Source: an uncultured Bacteroidaceae bacterium (GTDB lineage: Bacteria > Bacteroidota > Bacteroidia > Bacteroidales > Bacteroidaceae). Taken from it: a DNA stretch of 64,000 nt. A program made the translations under genes and the position numbers. Below the pieces are notes generated by a model. It did not search any database. It worked only from the letters and a program-made list of their open reading frames with translations, and had not been told where the DNA came from. The stretch's first letter is position 1, and each line of letters begins with the position of its first letter. This document shows positions 19,573 to 28,215 of the stretch, piece after piece. The stretch covers positions 11,458-75,457 of the forward strand of contig CALUJO010000001.1 in the NCBI GenBank assembly GCA_944320965.1. Direction: 5' to 3'.

Positions 19573-20037
19573 ATGGCTTATATGTCTGAAGAAGGTTACA
19601 AAAAACTGCTCGCAGATTTAAAGTACATGGAAACAGTTCAGCGTCCTGAAATCTCAAGACAGATTGCTGAAGCAAGAGACAAGGGTGACTTGTCAGAAAA
19701 TGCAGAATATGATGCAGCAAAAGAAGCACAGGGAATGTTGGAAATGAAAATTTCACAGTTGAAGGAAGTAATTGCTGCAGCTAAAATCATTGACGAATCA
19801 AAACTTTCGACAGATTCTGTTCAGATACTAAATAAGGTTGAATTGAAAAACGTTAAAAACGGAGCCAAAATGACTTACACTATTGTAAGTGAAAGCGAAG
19901 CTAATCTGAAAGAAGGAAAGATATCTGTCAATACTCCTATCGCTCAGGGACTTCTTGGCAAGAGAGTCGGTGATATTGCCGAAATCAGAGTACCTCAGGG
20001 AACTGTAAGTTTTGAAATAGTAAAAATTTCATTCTAA
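19573..20037 (+). CDS. greA: transcription elongation factor GreA
   Basis: 154 aa. It has a coiled-coil N-domain with the acidic tip (RDKGDLSENAEYDAAKE) and a GreA C-domain. Confidence 0.9.
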   Translation: MAYMSEEGYKKLLADLKYMETVQRPEISRQIAEARDKGDLSENAEYDAAKEAQGMLEMKISQLKEVIAAAKIIDESKLSTDSVQILNKVELKNVKNGAKMTYTIVSESEANLKEGKISVNTPIAQGLLGKRVGDIAEIRVPQGTVSFEIVKISF

Positions 20038-20046
20038 AAAATATCA

Positions 20047-20081
20047 GGGCAGGCTGCAACCGTTGCGGTCTGCCCGTTTTT
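20047..20081 (+). terminator. intrinsic terminator after greA
   Basis: GGGCAGGCTGCAACCGTTGCGGTCTGCCC hairpin followed by GTTTTT. Confidence 0.75.
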
Positions 20082-20102
20082 ATAACTAAAAAACATAAAA
20101 CT

Positions 20103-20501
20103 ATGGCTTCAATTTTCAGTAGAATTATTGCCGGTGAAATACCGAGCTATAAAATAGCGGAGAACGAAAAGTTTTATGCCTTCCTTGACATAAATCCGCT
20201 ACAAAAAGGACATACACTTGTTGTTCCTAAAAAAGAAACAGATTACATATTCGACATTGAAGACAATGACCTTGCCGAAATGATTGTTTTTGCAAAGAAG
20301 GTTGCTGTTGCAGTAAAAGAAGCTATTCCTTGCGTTAAAATAGGAGTTGCTGTAATAGGACTTGAAGTAAGACATGCACACATCCATCTTGTTCCGATGC
20401 AGAAAGAAGGCGACCTTAATTTCTCAAACAAGAAGATGACTCTGCCTGCTGAAGAAATGGAACAGATAGCAAAGGCAATATCTGAAAAAGTGGTTCTTTA
20501 A
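20103..20501 (+). CDS. HIT (histidine triad) family protein
   Basis: HAHIHLVP histidine-triad motif. Length is 132 aa. Confidence 0.85.
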   Translation: MASIFSRIIAGEIPSYKIAENEKFYAFLDINPLQKGHTLVVPKKETDYIFDIEDNDLAEMIVFAKKVAVAVKEAIPCVKIGVAVIGLEVRHAHIHLVPMQKEGDLNFSNKKMTLPAEEMEQIAKAISEKVVL

Positions 20502-20549
20502 CCGACAGACTGAACAATACATAAAAGTCTTCTTAATTATATAAAAATG

Positions 20550-20588
20550 ACAACGGGATATAAGTAGAATTATATCCCGTTGTTTTTT
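20550..20588. terminator. bidirectional terminator between the HIT gene and the DUF4249-like gene
   Basis: 13-bp stem ACAACGGGATATA/TATATCCCGTTGT, flanked by an A-run and a T6 run. Confidence 0.75.
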
Positions 20589-20613
20589 AACTTTTAGTCA
20601 AAAAAGCTGTCAT

Positions 20614-21567
20614 TTACTTCAGGTAAATTGCTTTTTTGTCGGTTATATATGCTCCCAGTATTCCTATGCCTCCACGAACATTACTGTAAATCATTACCGG
20701 TTCGGCAAATCCCATATCACCAAAATCATCCATGCCCGCCTTTGCCATCGTATCACAAAATTTGTAATAGCCTTCGGAAATCTTCATAAGCATAACGGTA
20801 AGTCTTACTTTTGCTCCAAGCGGAATATTTCCATCAGAAGATTCAACAGTTTCAAGCCCACTTTCATACAGATTAGCCCCAAGATTAAGAGTATATGACC
20901 TTCCGTTTATTTTCCGGTCAGTAAAAGTATACAATCCGTCATACATCGGAGAACCGTCAATAATCCAATCCTCAAATATACCTAACTCCGGTTTTAACAA
21001 TGGCTCACCACTAATGTCCAGGTCAATAACCCTCTTTGTAAAAGCATTATAGTCACTGTCTGATGTCAAATCCATATATTCAAGACATATAGCATAGTAA
21101 TCCTGAGTTGCGGAAGGGTCTGAAAAAGTCACTTTGAAATCAAACTTTGAATACGGTCCATTCTCTTTCTTATACAATCTATATTCCAGTTTTTCAATAT
21201 CTGCCTTAACAGGCATTTGAACTTCGGAAAACACATCTTTCATACCACTACATGATACCTCAAGGCGTACATTATCGCCAGAAGCAAAATGACGGTCAAT
21301 ACTGTAGATACCCTTCTCAACATGAGGAACAAGTCCTTCATTATTTCCGTTTACAACAAGTGAAACAGAAGCATTTTCAAGGAAATTATTTTCCGGAGCC
21401 CCATCTTTTATAAAATAACTCTTTGAAAGCCGTACATTAACTCCTTCATCGGAAACAAAACTGTGCATAACTATCTTAGGGTCTTCACGGTATTTTTCAA
21501 CATCTATCTCCTGATAGCAAGATGTAAGAATCAAAATCCCTGCAACTGCATATATTATCTTTTTCAT
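20614..21567 (-). CDS. lipoprotein, DUF4249-like partner of the adjacent TonB-dependent receptor
   Basis: Lipoprotein signal ILILTSCYQ. It lies directly downstream of a CarbopepD_reg-type TonB receptor, which is the usual DUF4249 context. Family assignment is from memory. Confidence 0.5.
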   Translation of the reverse strand: MKKIIYAVAGILILTSCYQEIDVEKYREDPKIVMHSFVSDEGVNVRLSKSYFIKDGAPENNFLENASVSLVVNGNNEGLVPHVEKGIYSIDRHFASGDNVRLEVSCSGMKDVFSEVQMPVKADIEKLEYRLYKKENGPYSKFDFKVTFSDPSATQDYYAICLEYMDLTSDSDYNAFTKRVIDLDISGEPLLKPELGIFEDWIIDGSPMYDGLYTFTDRKINGRSYTLNLGANLYESGLETVESSDGNIPLGAKVRLTVMLMKISEGYYKFCDTMAKAGMDDFGDMGFAEPVMIYSNVRGGIGILGAYITDKKAIYLK

Positions 21568-21603
21568 ATTAACTGTCTTTCCAATTTAATGAATATAAGC
21601 CTT

Positions 21604-24072
21604 TTAAAACTTCAATGTATAACTAAACGACGGTATTATAGGGACAATACCCTCTGCCCTTACCTGAAAAGGTTTCTGAACCATATTGCCATTTTCATAA
21701 TAATATGAATTTGGTTCAATGACTCTGACTCTTATAGGATTCATACGGCAGTATGCATTATAAATACTTATGTTCCATATACCCTCATTGCCACGCTTTG
21801 TCTTCTTATAGATATTTAGTCCCAAATCAAGTCTGTGGTAAGCCGGAAGCTGTACATTGTTTGGATGCTCATAATATCCTTCTGTTGATGTAATCTGTCC
21901 AAGATGTGAACCAATACTCTGATAATTCTCAAGAGCTACAGTAACACGGTTTCCGGTTGCATACGTCCAGGCAGCAAACACTTCCAGTTTCCGGTTAAAA
22001 CGGTGTGCTAAAGATATATTGAACTTATGTCTGTTGTCAAAACGTGCCGGGAACCAGTTTCCATCCCAGAATTCATCAAACTTCCTGTCAGTCCATGATA
22101 ATGTATATGACATTTCTCCACTTGTCTTACCGGCTGCACGTCTAAGCATAAATTCAAGACCATAACTTCTGCCATTACCGGAGATCACATTATCCTCCCA
22201 CGAATCATAATTAGCAGTAAGACGCGGAGTATTACGATAATCAATAACATTACTGATGGTTTTATAATAACCCTCAATCTCGGCTTCCAAATCAAATGGC
22301 AAACTGACAGAAAATCCGGATGATACAAGCCTTGAACACATAGGTTTAACTCTATCCGTTACAGGTACCCACATATCGGACGGCAAACTAAGATAAGTTG
22401 TTGAAAGGGTATGGACATACTGGCTCATCTCCGTATAGGCAGTTTTAAATACCAACCTCTCTGGTATCAGAGTAAATCTTGTAGAAATCCTCGGTTCCAA
22501 AGACCAGTAACTTTTGTTCCTTACACGAAACAACGTTCCTCTTGCCCCTATATTCAGATTCCACCAGTCAAACAAACCTATCTCGTCTTCAATATAAACA
22601 GCTAATTCATGTGCATGTACAGCATTATATGCAGATGACCGTCTGAGCTCATTTACATTATTTTCTTCCTTTGAATAATTATATGATGTATTCTTCTGCG
22701 GCTTGAATATATGAAAAAGATAATCTGAACCAAACCTCACATGATGTCTTGACGAAGGACGATAATCAAAATTAGCCCTATAACCGACATCTCGTATAAC
22801 CGTCATGCTTTCAGATTCATTTATGCTTGTCTTTTCAAGACTACCAAACTTGTCAACAATCATGTTTTCATTATCCTCCTGACCTATCTTGGTCTTGAAC
22901 TGTGAATAGACAAATGATACATCACCATTAAGTTTAGGTCGGAAAACATAATTCCAGTTCAATGAAGATACTATATTACCCCAACCAAGAGACATACGGT
23001 CAGAATAATTTCTGTCGTCTTCCTTTGTCTCACTTGAAATCCTCAAAACATCATAACCGGAATATATACTTATGCCCAACTTATTGGTATCTGAGAACTT
23101 ATGTGTTACCTTGGCATTCAAATCATGAAATGCATATCTGAACTTGGTCTTATCATCCTTATTTAACCTATTGTATATAGCAAAACCTGGAACTGTCAAT
23201 ACATCAAGCCACGAACGGCGCAATGCAATATTAAATGACGTACGGTTCTTGACTATAGGACCTTCAAACTGGAAACGACCTTCGATCAAACCTATTGTAA
23301 ATACACCATGATAATCTGTCATACTTCCATCCTTTGTACGAACATCAACAACAGAAGAAAGCCTTCCACCATATCTGGCAGGGAAACCGCCCTTGTAAAA
23401 GTCAACAGTCTTTATGGCGTCAGTATTAAACGAAGAAAACAGACCTCCAAGATGATTAATCTGATATATTGGATTACCATCAATAAGAAAAAGATTTTCG
23501 TCCGAATTTCCGCCACGGACATACATTCCAGCAACAATCTCCATTCCAGATGCCACACCTGGCAACATTTGCAGACGTCTGACAAGGTCCGGACTTCCTA
23601 AAGGCGCAGGAACAGAAAGAAAATCGTTTGCTTTCAGATTTGTATGCCCCATCTGAGCAGATTTCAATGATGAATTTAGTTTTTCGGCATCAATATAAAC
23701 CTCACCAAGCAAATTTGCTGTATGAAGTGAAATTGTTATAGTCGTATCTGATTTAAGAATAAAATCCACAGTTTCTTCCTTATACCCAACATAAGAAACC
23801 TTTAGAGATACTTTTCCTTCTGGAAGGCGTAAACTGTAAAATCCATAACTGTTTGTTACAGTTCCAAGTGAGCTTTCCTTATCATAAACCGTAGCACTTA
23901 ACAATGTCTCCCCTTCATCATCTGTAACATAGCCATTTACAACAAAAGTAGGTCTGGCACTTCCAGTAGGCAAGGATAACAAATCTTCATTCAAAACATT
24001 TATTCCGGCAAATGCTTTAATTCCACAGGCCGAAACAATAAACAATAAAAGAAATAACAATCGGTTTAACAT
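21604..24072 (-). CDS. TonB-dependent receptor with N-terminal carboxypeptidase-regulatory-like domain
   Basis: Internal Met at 24072 gives the signal peptide MLNRLLFLLLFIVSACGIKAFA. VSYVGYKEE is a CarbopepD_reg motif. It has plug and barrel regions and a C-terminal aromatic beta-signal ...SYTLKF. Confidence 0.8.
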   Translation of the reverse strand: MLNRLLFLLLFIVSACGIKAFAGINVLNEDLLSLPTGSARPTFVVNGYVTDDEGETLLSATVYDKESSLGTVTNSYGFYSLRLPEGKVSLKVSYVGYKEETVDFILKSDTTITISLHTANLLGEVYIDAEKLNSSLKSAQMGHTNLKANDFLSVPAPLGSPDLVRRLQMLPGVASGMEIVAGMYVRGGNSDENLFLIDGNPIYQINHLGGLFSSFNTDAIKTVDFYKGGFPARYGGRLSSVVDVRTKDGSMTDYHGVFTIGLIEGRFQFEGPIVKNRTSFNIALRRSWLDVLTVPGFAIYNRLNKDDKTKFRYAFHDLNAKVTHKFSDTNKLGISIYSGYDVLRISSETKEDDRNYSDRMSLGWGNIVSSLNWNYVFRPKLNGDVSFVYSQFKTKIGQEDNENMIVDKFGSLEKTSINESESMTVIRDVGYRANFDYRPSSRHHVRFGSDYLFHIFKPQKNTSYNYSKEENNVNELRRSSAYNAVHAHELAVYIEDEIGLFDWWNLNIGARGTLFRVRNKSYWSLEPRISTRFTLIPERLVFKTAYTEMSQYVHTLSTTYLSLPSDMWVPVTDRVKPMCSRLVSSGFSVSLPFDLEAEIEGYYKTISNVIDYRNTPRLTANYDSWEDNVISGNGRSYGLEFMLRRAAGKTSGEMSYTLSWTDRKFDEFWDGNWFPARFDNRHKFNISLAHRFNRKLEVFAAWTYATGNRVTVALENYQSIGSHLGQITSTEGYYEHPNNVQLPAYHRLDLGLNIYKKTKRGNEGIWNISIYNAYCRMNPIRVRVIEPNSYYYENGNMVQKPFQVRAEGIVPIIPSFSYTLKF

Positions 24073-24322
24073 TATATAATCATTTATCAGATAACAAACC
24101 AAATAAAATAAGCGGCATTCAACATATCCCAATAAACGGTCCTCCTCAATGTCATTCATTCATGTTTAATACAACATACTTCCGTAGTATTGGATACAAA
24201 TGTATTATTAAATGCCGCTCAATGAAAAAGCACTACTATTATTTTTCATAATGTTAACGCACCAACTATCAAAAACCCCTATCCCTTTCAGAAAAAAATT
24301 TCTGTCCTTGACAAAATCTGCC

Positions 24323-24330
24323 TAAATTTG
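24323..24330 (+). promoter_or_regulatory. -7 promoter box for the LOG-family gene
   Basis: TAAATTTG. It overlaps the TTG that the ORF track uses as a start codon. Confidence 0.4.
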
Positions 24331-24384
24331 CAGTCGAAAAACAAATGGAACATATACTTCCAAGTACAATTCAAAATCATCAAA

Positions 24385-24987
24385 GTGGATAAAATCAATC
24401 GTAATAATATTGAATCAGTCTGCATTTACTGCGCATCAAGCACTAAAATAGACAAATGCTATTTTGAAGCAGCTGCCGAACTCGGGAAAAAACTGGCAGA
24501 AATGAATATAAGAATCATTAACGGAGCCGGTGCGTTGGGACTGATGAGAACAATAACAGATGAAGCACTTGCCAATGGAGGCAAAGTAACAGGTGTAATA
24601 CCTCAGTTCATGATTGAACAAAACTGGCATCACCCGGAACTTACAGATATGATTGTAACAGAAACTATGCACGAAAGAAAACAGAAAATGGCAGAACTTT
24701 CTGATGCATCAATTGCATTACCTGGCGGATGCGGCACATTAGAAGAACTACTTGAGATAATTACATGGAAACAACTTGGGCTATATCTGAAACCTATCGT
24801 CATGCTTAATATAAATTCATATTATGACAATCTGCTGGCAATGCTTGACAAAGCCATTGAACAGAACTTCATGCGAGAGCAGCATCGCAATCTCTGGCGG
24901 GTGGCAAACAGTGTTGACGAAGCTATAGATATGGTATTAAACACACCCGAATGGGATATTAATCTAAGAAAGTTTGCAGCAATATGA
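24385..24987 (+). CDS. LOG family protein (TIGR00730-type nucleotide phosphoribohydrolase)
   Basis: PGGCGTLEEL motif. The start is set at in-frame GTG 24385, because the track's TTG start at 24328 lies inside the predicted -7 promoter box at 24323-24330. The exact start is uncertain. Confidence 0.75.
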   Translation: MDKINRNNIESVCIYCASSTKIDKCYFEAAAELGKKLAEMNIRIINGAGALGLMRTITDEALANGGKVTGVIPQFMIEQNWHHPELTDMIVTETMHERKQKMAELSDASIALPGGCGTLEELLEIITWKQLGLYLKPIVMLNINSYYDNLLAMLDKAIEQNFMREQHRNLWRVANSVDEAIDMVLNTPEWDINLRKFAAI

Positions 24988-25679
24988 CGATACCGTTTCT
25001 TCTTATAGAAATACCAATAGAAAATTCACTTGTAACAAATCCTGTAATTACAATTTTATTTGTTACATCATTCATAATGTCGGCAACAGCTATTGCTTTT
25101 GGTAAAAGAATACTTGTGCAAAACACGAGAAACTTTTTCCAGACACGTGAGAGAAACAGTATCTTTGATACCAGCACAAATATAGAATGGTGGGTAAACA
25201 TAATACTTATGACACAACTGTGCATAATGTTTGCCATCAATATGACTGCATATATCAATTATATTCCAAGTAATATATGGGCACTGACAAAACTGATTTT
25301 ATTCTATTTTCTTTGCGCCGTCGCATATATAAGCATTAAGTTTCTGCTCTATGAATTTCAGGGATGGATGTTTTTTGACAACATAAAAAAAAGAATGTGG
25401 ACAGATTCATATAAAACAATACTTATATGCAACAGCTTTATATTTTTCATCTTGGCATTAATGTCTGTCTACTTGCATTTATCATACCGGATATTACAAA
25501 TATCTTTCATTATTATACTAATAATAAACAAAATACTAATATTATATAAATGGATTCAGCTTTTTTTAAACCAAAAAGTTGGGTATGTGTTATTTATTTT
25601 GCAATTTTGCGCACTTGAAATAGTACCCTGTTTCATTGCTTATAAGGGAGTTATAGAAATCAACACATTGTTAATATAA
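24984..25679 (+). CDS. polytopic membrane protein (DUF4271-like)
   Basis: ATGA start/stop overlap with the LOG gene. It has about 6 TM helices and sits upstream of a hemD-like gene, as is usual for DUF4271 in Bacteroidetes. Family name is from memory. Confidence 0.5.
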   Translation: MTIPFLLIEIPIENSLVTNPVITILFVTSFIMSATAIAFGKRILVQNTRNFFQTRERNSIFDTSTNIEWWVNIILMTQLCIMFAINMTAYINYIPSNIWALTKLILFYFLCAVAYISIKFLLYEFQGWMFFDNIKKRMWTDSYKTILICNSFIFFILALMSVYLHLSYRILQISFIIILIINKILILYKWIQLFLNQKVGYVLFILQFCALEIVPCFIAYKGVIEINTLLI

Positions 25680-25693
25680 AAAAGATATAATAT

Positions 25694-26440
25694 ATGGTAA
25701 ATCGAATCTTGGTTTCTCAGCCAAAACCAGCATCTGAGAAATCACCATATTTTGATATTGCGAAGAAATATAATGTGCAGATTGACTTTCATTCTTTCAT
25801 AAAGATTGAACGTCTTTCACCAAAAGAGTTCAGACAGCAGAAAGTTTCAATTCTTGACCACACAGCCATTATCTTCAACTCAAGACATGCAATTGACCAC
25901 TTCTTCAACCTATGTGAAGATTTGAGGGTTACAATACCTGAAACAATGAAATATTTCTGTATAAGCGAAACGATTGCACTCTATATTCAGAAATATGTTC
26001 AGTACAGAAAAAGAAAAATATTCTTCAGTACAACAGGAAAAATTGAAGACCTTATGCCTTTCATAACAAAGCATAATACAGAAAAGTACTTTACCCCAAT
26101 GTCTTCAGTTCATACTGATGAAATAAAGAATCTGCTTGACAAAGCTGGAGTTCAGCACGATGAAGCTGTAATGTACAGAACTGTGAGCAATTCATTTGAA
26201 GGGATAGATTTGAACAACTATGACATGTTTATATTCTTCACTCCTGCAGGAATCGCATCACTTGGAGAAAACTTCAAGGATTTTGTTCAGGGAGATAAAA
26301 AAATAGCCTGCTTTGGTGCAGCAACAGCAAAAGCCATTAAAGATGCCGGTTTAAGACTTGATCTTGAAGCTCCTAACAAGAATGCTACTTCAATGACTGC
26401 AGCTCTTGACCTTTATCTTAAAGAAGAAAACGGAAAATAA
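25694..26440 (+). CDS. hemD: uroporphyrinogen-III synthase (HemD family)
   Basis: 248 aa with a two-lobed HemD-like pattern (ILVSQPKP..., FFTPAGIASL). Assignment is by overall resemblance only. Confidence 0.6.
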   Translation: MVNRILVSQPKPASEKSPYFDIAKKYNVQIDFHSFIKIERLSPKEFRQQKVSILDHTAIIFNSRHAIDHFFNLCEDLRVTIPETMKYFCISETIALYIQKYVQYRKRKIFFSTTGKIEDLMPFITKHNTEKYFTPMSSVHTDEIKNLLDKAGVQHDEAVMYRTVSNSFEGIDLNNYDMFIFFTPAGIASLGENFKDFVQGDKKIACFGAATAKAIKDAGLRLDLEAPNKNATSMTAALDLYLKEENGK

Positions 26441-26493
26441 GCAAATATTAAAATAAAGACATTTAGTCTTAGCTTAATTCATACAAACAAAAG

Positions 26494-26529
26494 CTCCTGC
26501 CAAAATAATATAGTTGGCAGGAGTTTTTA
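26494..26529. terminator. terminator between hemD-like gene and convergent barrel gene
   Basis: Stem CTCCTGCCAA/TTGGCAGGAG followed by TTTTT. Confidence 0.7.
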
Positions 26530-26552
26530 TTTACGCTTTTATTCAAATATAA

Positions 26553-28205
26553 TCAAAAACAATAATCAAGCCCAATCAAAACAGATGCACCAGAACTTGG
26601 ATAAGCATAATAATACCTGTTATCGGCAGAAACAATATTATATGCCTTTATATATGCACCTAAGCCTTTCAAGAACCTGTAAGACAGTTTTGCAGACAAA
26701 TCATTTATATTGCCTGCAACATGCTTGTCTTTACGGGCAATATGCCTGTATGACAAATTCAGATACATATCTTTTATAATCATTGCATCAAGACCTATGC
26801 CAAGCTCTGCCTTAGGTTTCATTACAAGATACAAATCATCTGCCATACCCCACTTCATGAATTTTCCGTCAAAATCTATCTTGAATCTGTTTTTAAAGGA
26901 ATATGACATATCCAAAGCTCCGTACACTACAGAGGTCTTATGCTGTATCATTGATGAATATTGTGAAAACAACATATCATCAGCTGCAGGCATCAGCATT
27001 ATATCACCCATATTTATATCATATCCAGCATTAATATCAAACATAAATCCTTCAACAGGACTTCCTTTCAATCCTAAACCTGTTTCAAGAGCCTTGTAAT
27101 TCTTTCCAAAGTCTATTACAGAACTTTCCATAAAGTTCGGATTCCAATACGGATTTACTCTTTCAAGAAATCTGTAATCCATTTCTGTTCTTCCTCCGCT
27201 GACGCTTGCATATACATTATAATTCCTTGCAAAGGTATAATCAAACGTAACATCAGGAGAGAAACATACTTTGGCATCACTGTTTACGGCAATATCAAAG
27301 TTCAGTCCGACAAGTAATGATATATTGTTCTTTCTAAGCCTGTAAGACGGATGCAGATTGATCGTTGTAAAATCATTTACTCCGGACATTGAATAATTAT
27401 AGTTACGGGCAATAAAATCAAAACCTATTTTTGAATTGTCATTAAGCTCATAACCAAGCAAGGCATTCAGCCTTATAGCATTCTCGTTGTTCTTTACACC
27501 ACTATATTCATTATTATAAGCCTTGTCAAAGAAAGTATAATCAACAAATATATTATAAAGGAAACTTTCATCGTTATCAGATTTGATACCTATTCTCGCT
27601 CCGGCTTTTGTATGTCTCTGTCGGTCATCTATACTTTTTCCGTCCAAAGCAGGATGATAATTGAAATTATCCAGTCCGAACTGTCCGTCAACATACAAAT
27701 CCATTATATCAAAATGATGCGTATAGTTAAGGTTTGACTCTGTTCCATAATATCTTGCATTCCAATCCTTGCTCTCAACACCTTCTTTTAAATTAAACGG
27801 TTCCCTTTTGTCATTGACACCTTCAAATACAACATTAAACTTTAATTCATTATTTCTGAAAAGAGGAGAATTATAATAAAGACCGGCATCAGCATGACCG
27901 TTATTACCATATCCGGCATACATATATAATTGCTTTGCCTTGTCGGGACGCTGTTTATTATAAACAAGCTCCATCGGAGAAAATGCAAAGCTACCGTCAT
28001 ACACATTCGGTGCAACCGAATACTCAACGTCTGTCTTTGGAGCAGATTTCTTCTCTATCCCAGGCAATACATTGATCTTATCCGCATCATTTATATCCGG
28101 ATTGTACTCCTTTTCAACAACAATGGTTCTTTCGTTCTTCACCTCCTGTGCCATACTGCCAACAGCAACAAGAAACATGAATGAAAACAATATGTATCTG
28201 TTCAT
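26553..28205 (-). CDS. outer-membrane beta-barrel protein of unknown function
   Basis: Signal peptide MNRYILFSFMFLVAVGSMAQE, alternating beta-strand pattern rich in Y/N/G/D, and a C-terminal beta-signal ...GLDYCF. Confidence 0.5.
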   Translation of the reverse strand: MNRYILFSFMFLVAVGSMAQEVKNERTIVVEKEYNPDINDADKINVLPGIEKKSAPKTDVEYSVAPNVYDGSFAFSPMELVYNKQRPDKAKQLYMYAGYGNNGHADAGLYYNSPLFRNNELKFNVVFEGVNDKREPFNLKEGVESKDWNARYYGTESNLNYTHHFDIMDLYVDGQFGLDNFNYHPALDGKSIDDRQRHTKAGARIGIKSDNDESFLYNIFVDYTFFDKAYNNEYSGVKNNENAIRLNALLGYELNDNSKIGFDFIARNYNYSMSGVNDFTTINLHPSYRLRKNNISLLVGLNFDIAVNSDAKVCFSPDVTFDYTFARNYNVYASVSGGRTEMDYRFLERVNPYWNPNFMESSVIDFGKNYKALETGLGLKGSPVEGFMFDINAGYDINMGDIMLMPAADDMLFSQYSSMIQHKTSVVYGALDMSYSFKNRFKIDFDGKFMKWGMADDLYLVMKPKAELGIGLDAMIIKDMYLNLSYRHIARKDKHVAGNINDLSAKLSYRFLKGLGAYIKAYNIVSADNRYYYAYPSSGASVLIGLDYCF

Positions 28206-28215
28206 AACTCAATTC

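Noticed and set aside
24328-24384. TTG start for the LOG gene as given in the ORF track
   Set aside because: The TTG lies within the predicted -7 promoter box, so transcription would start downstream of it.
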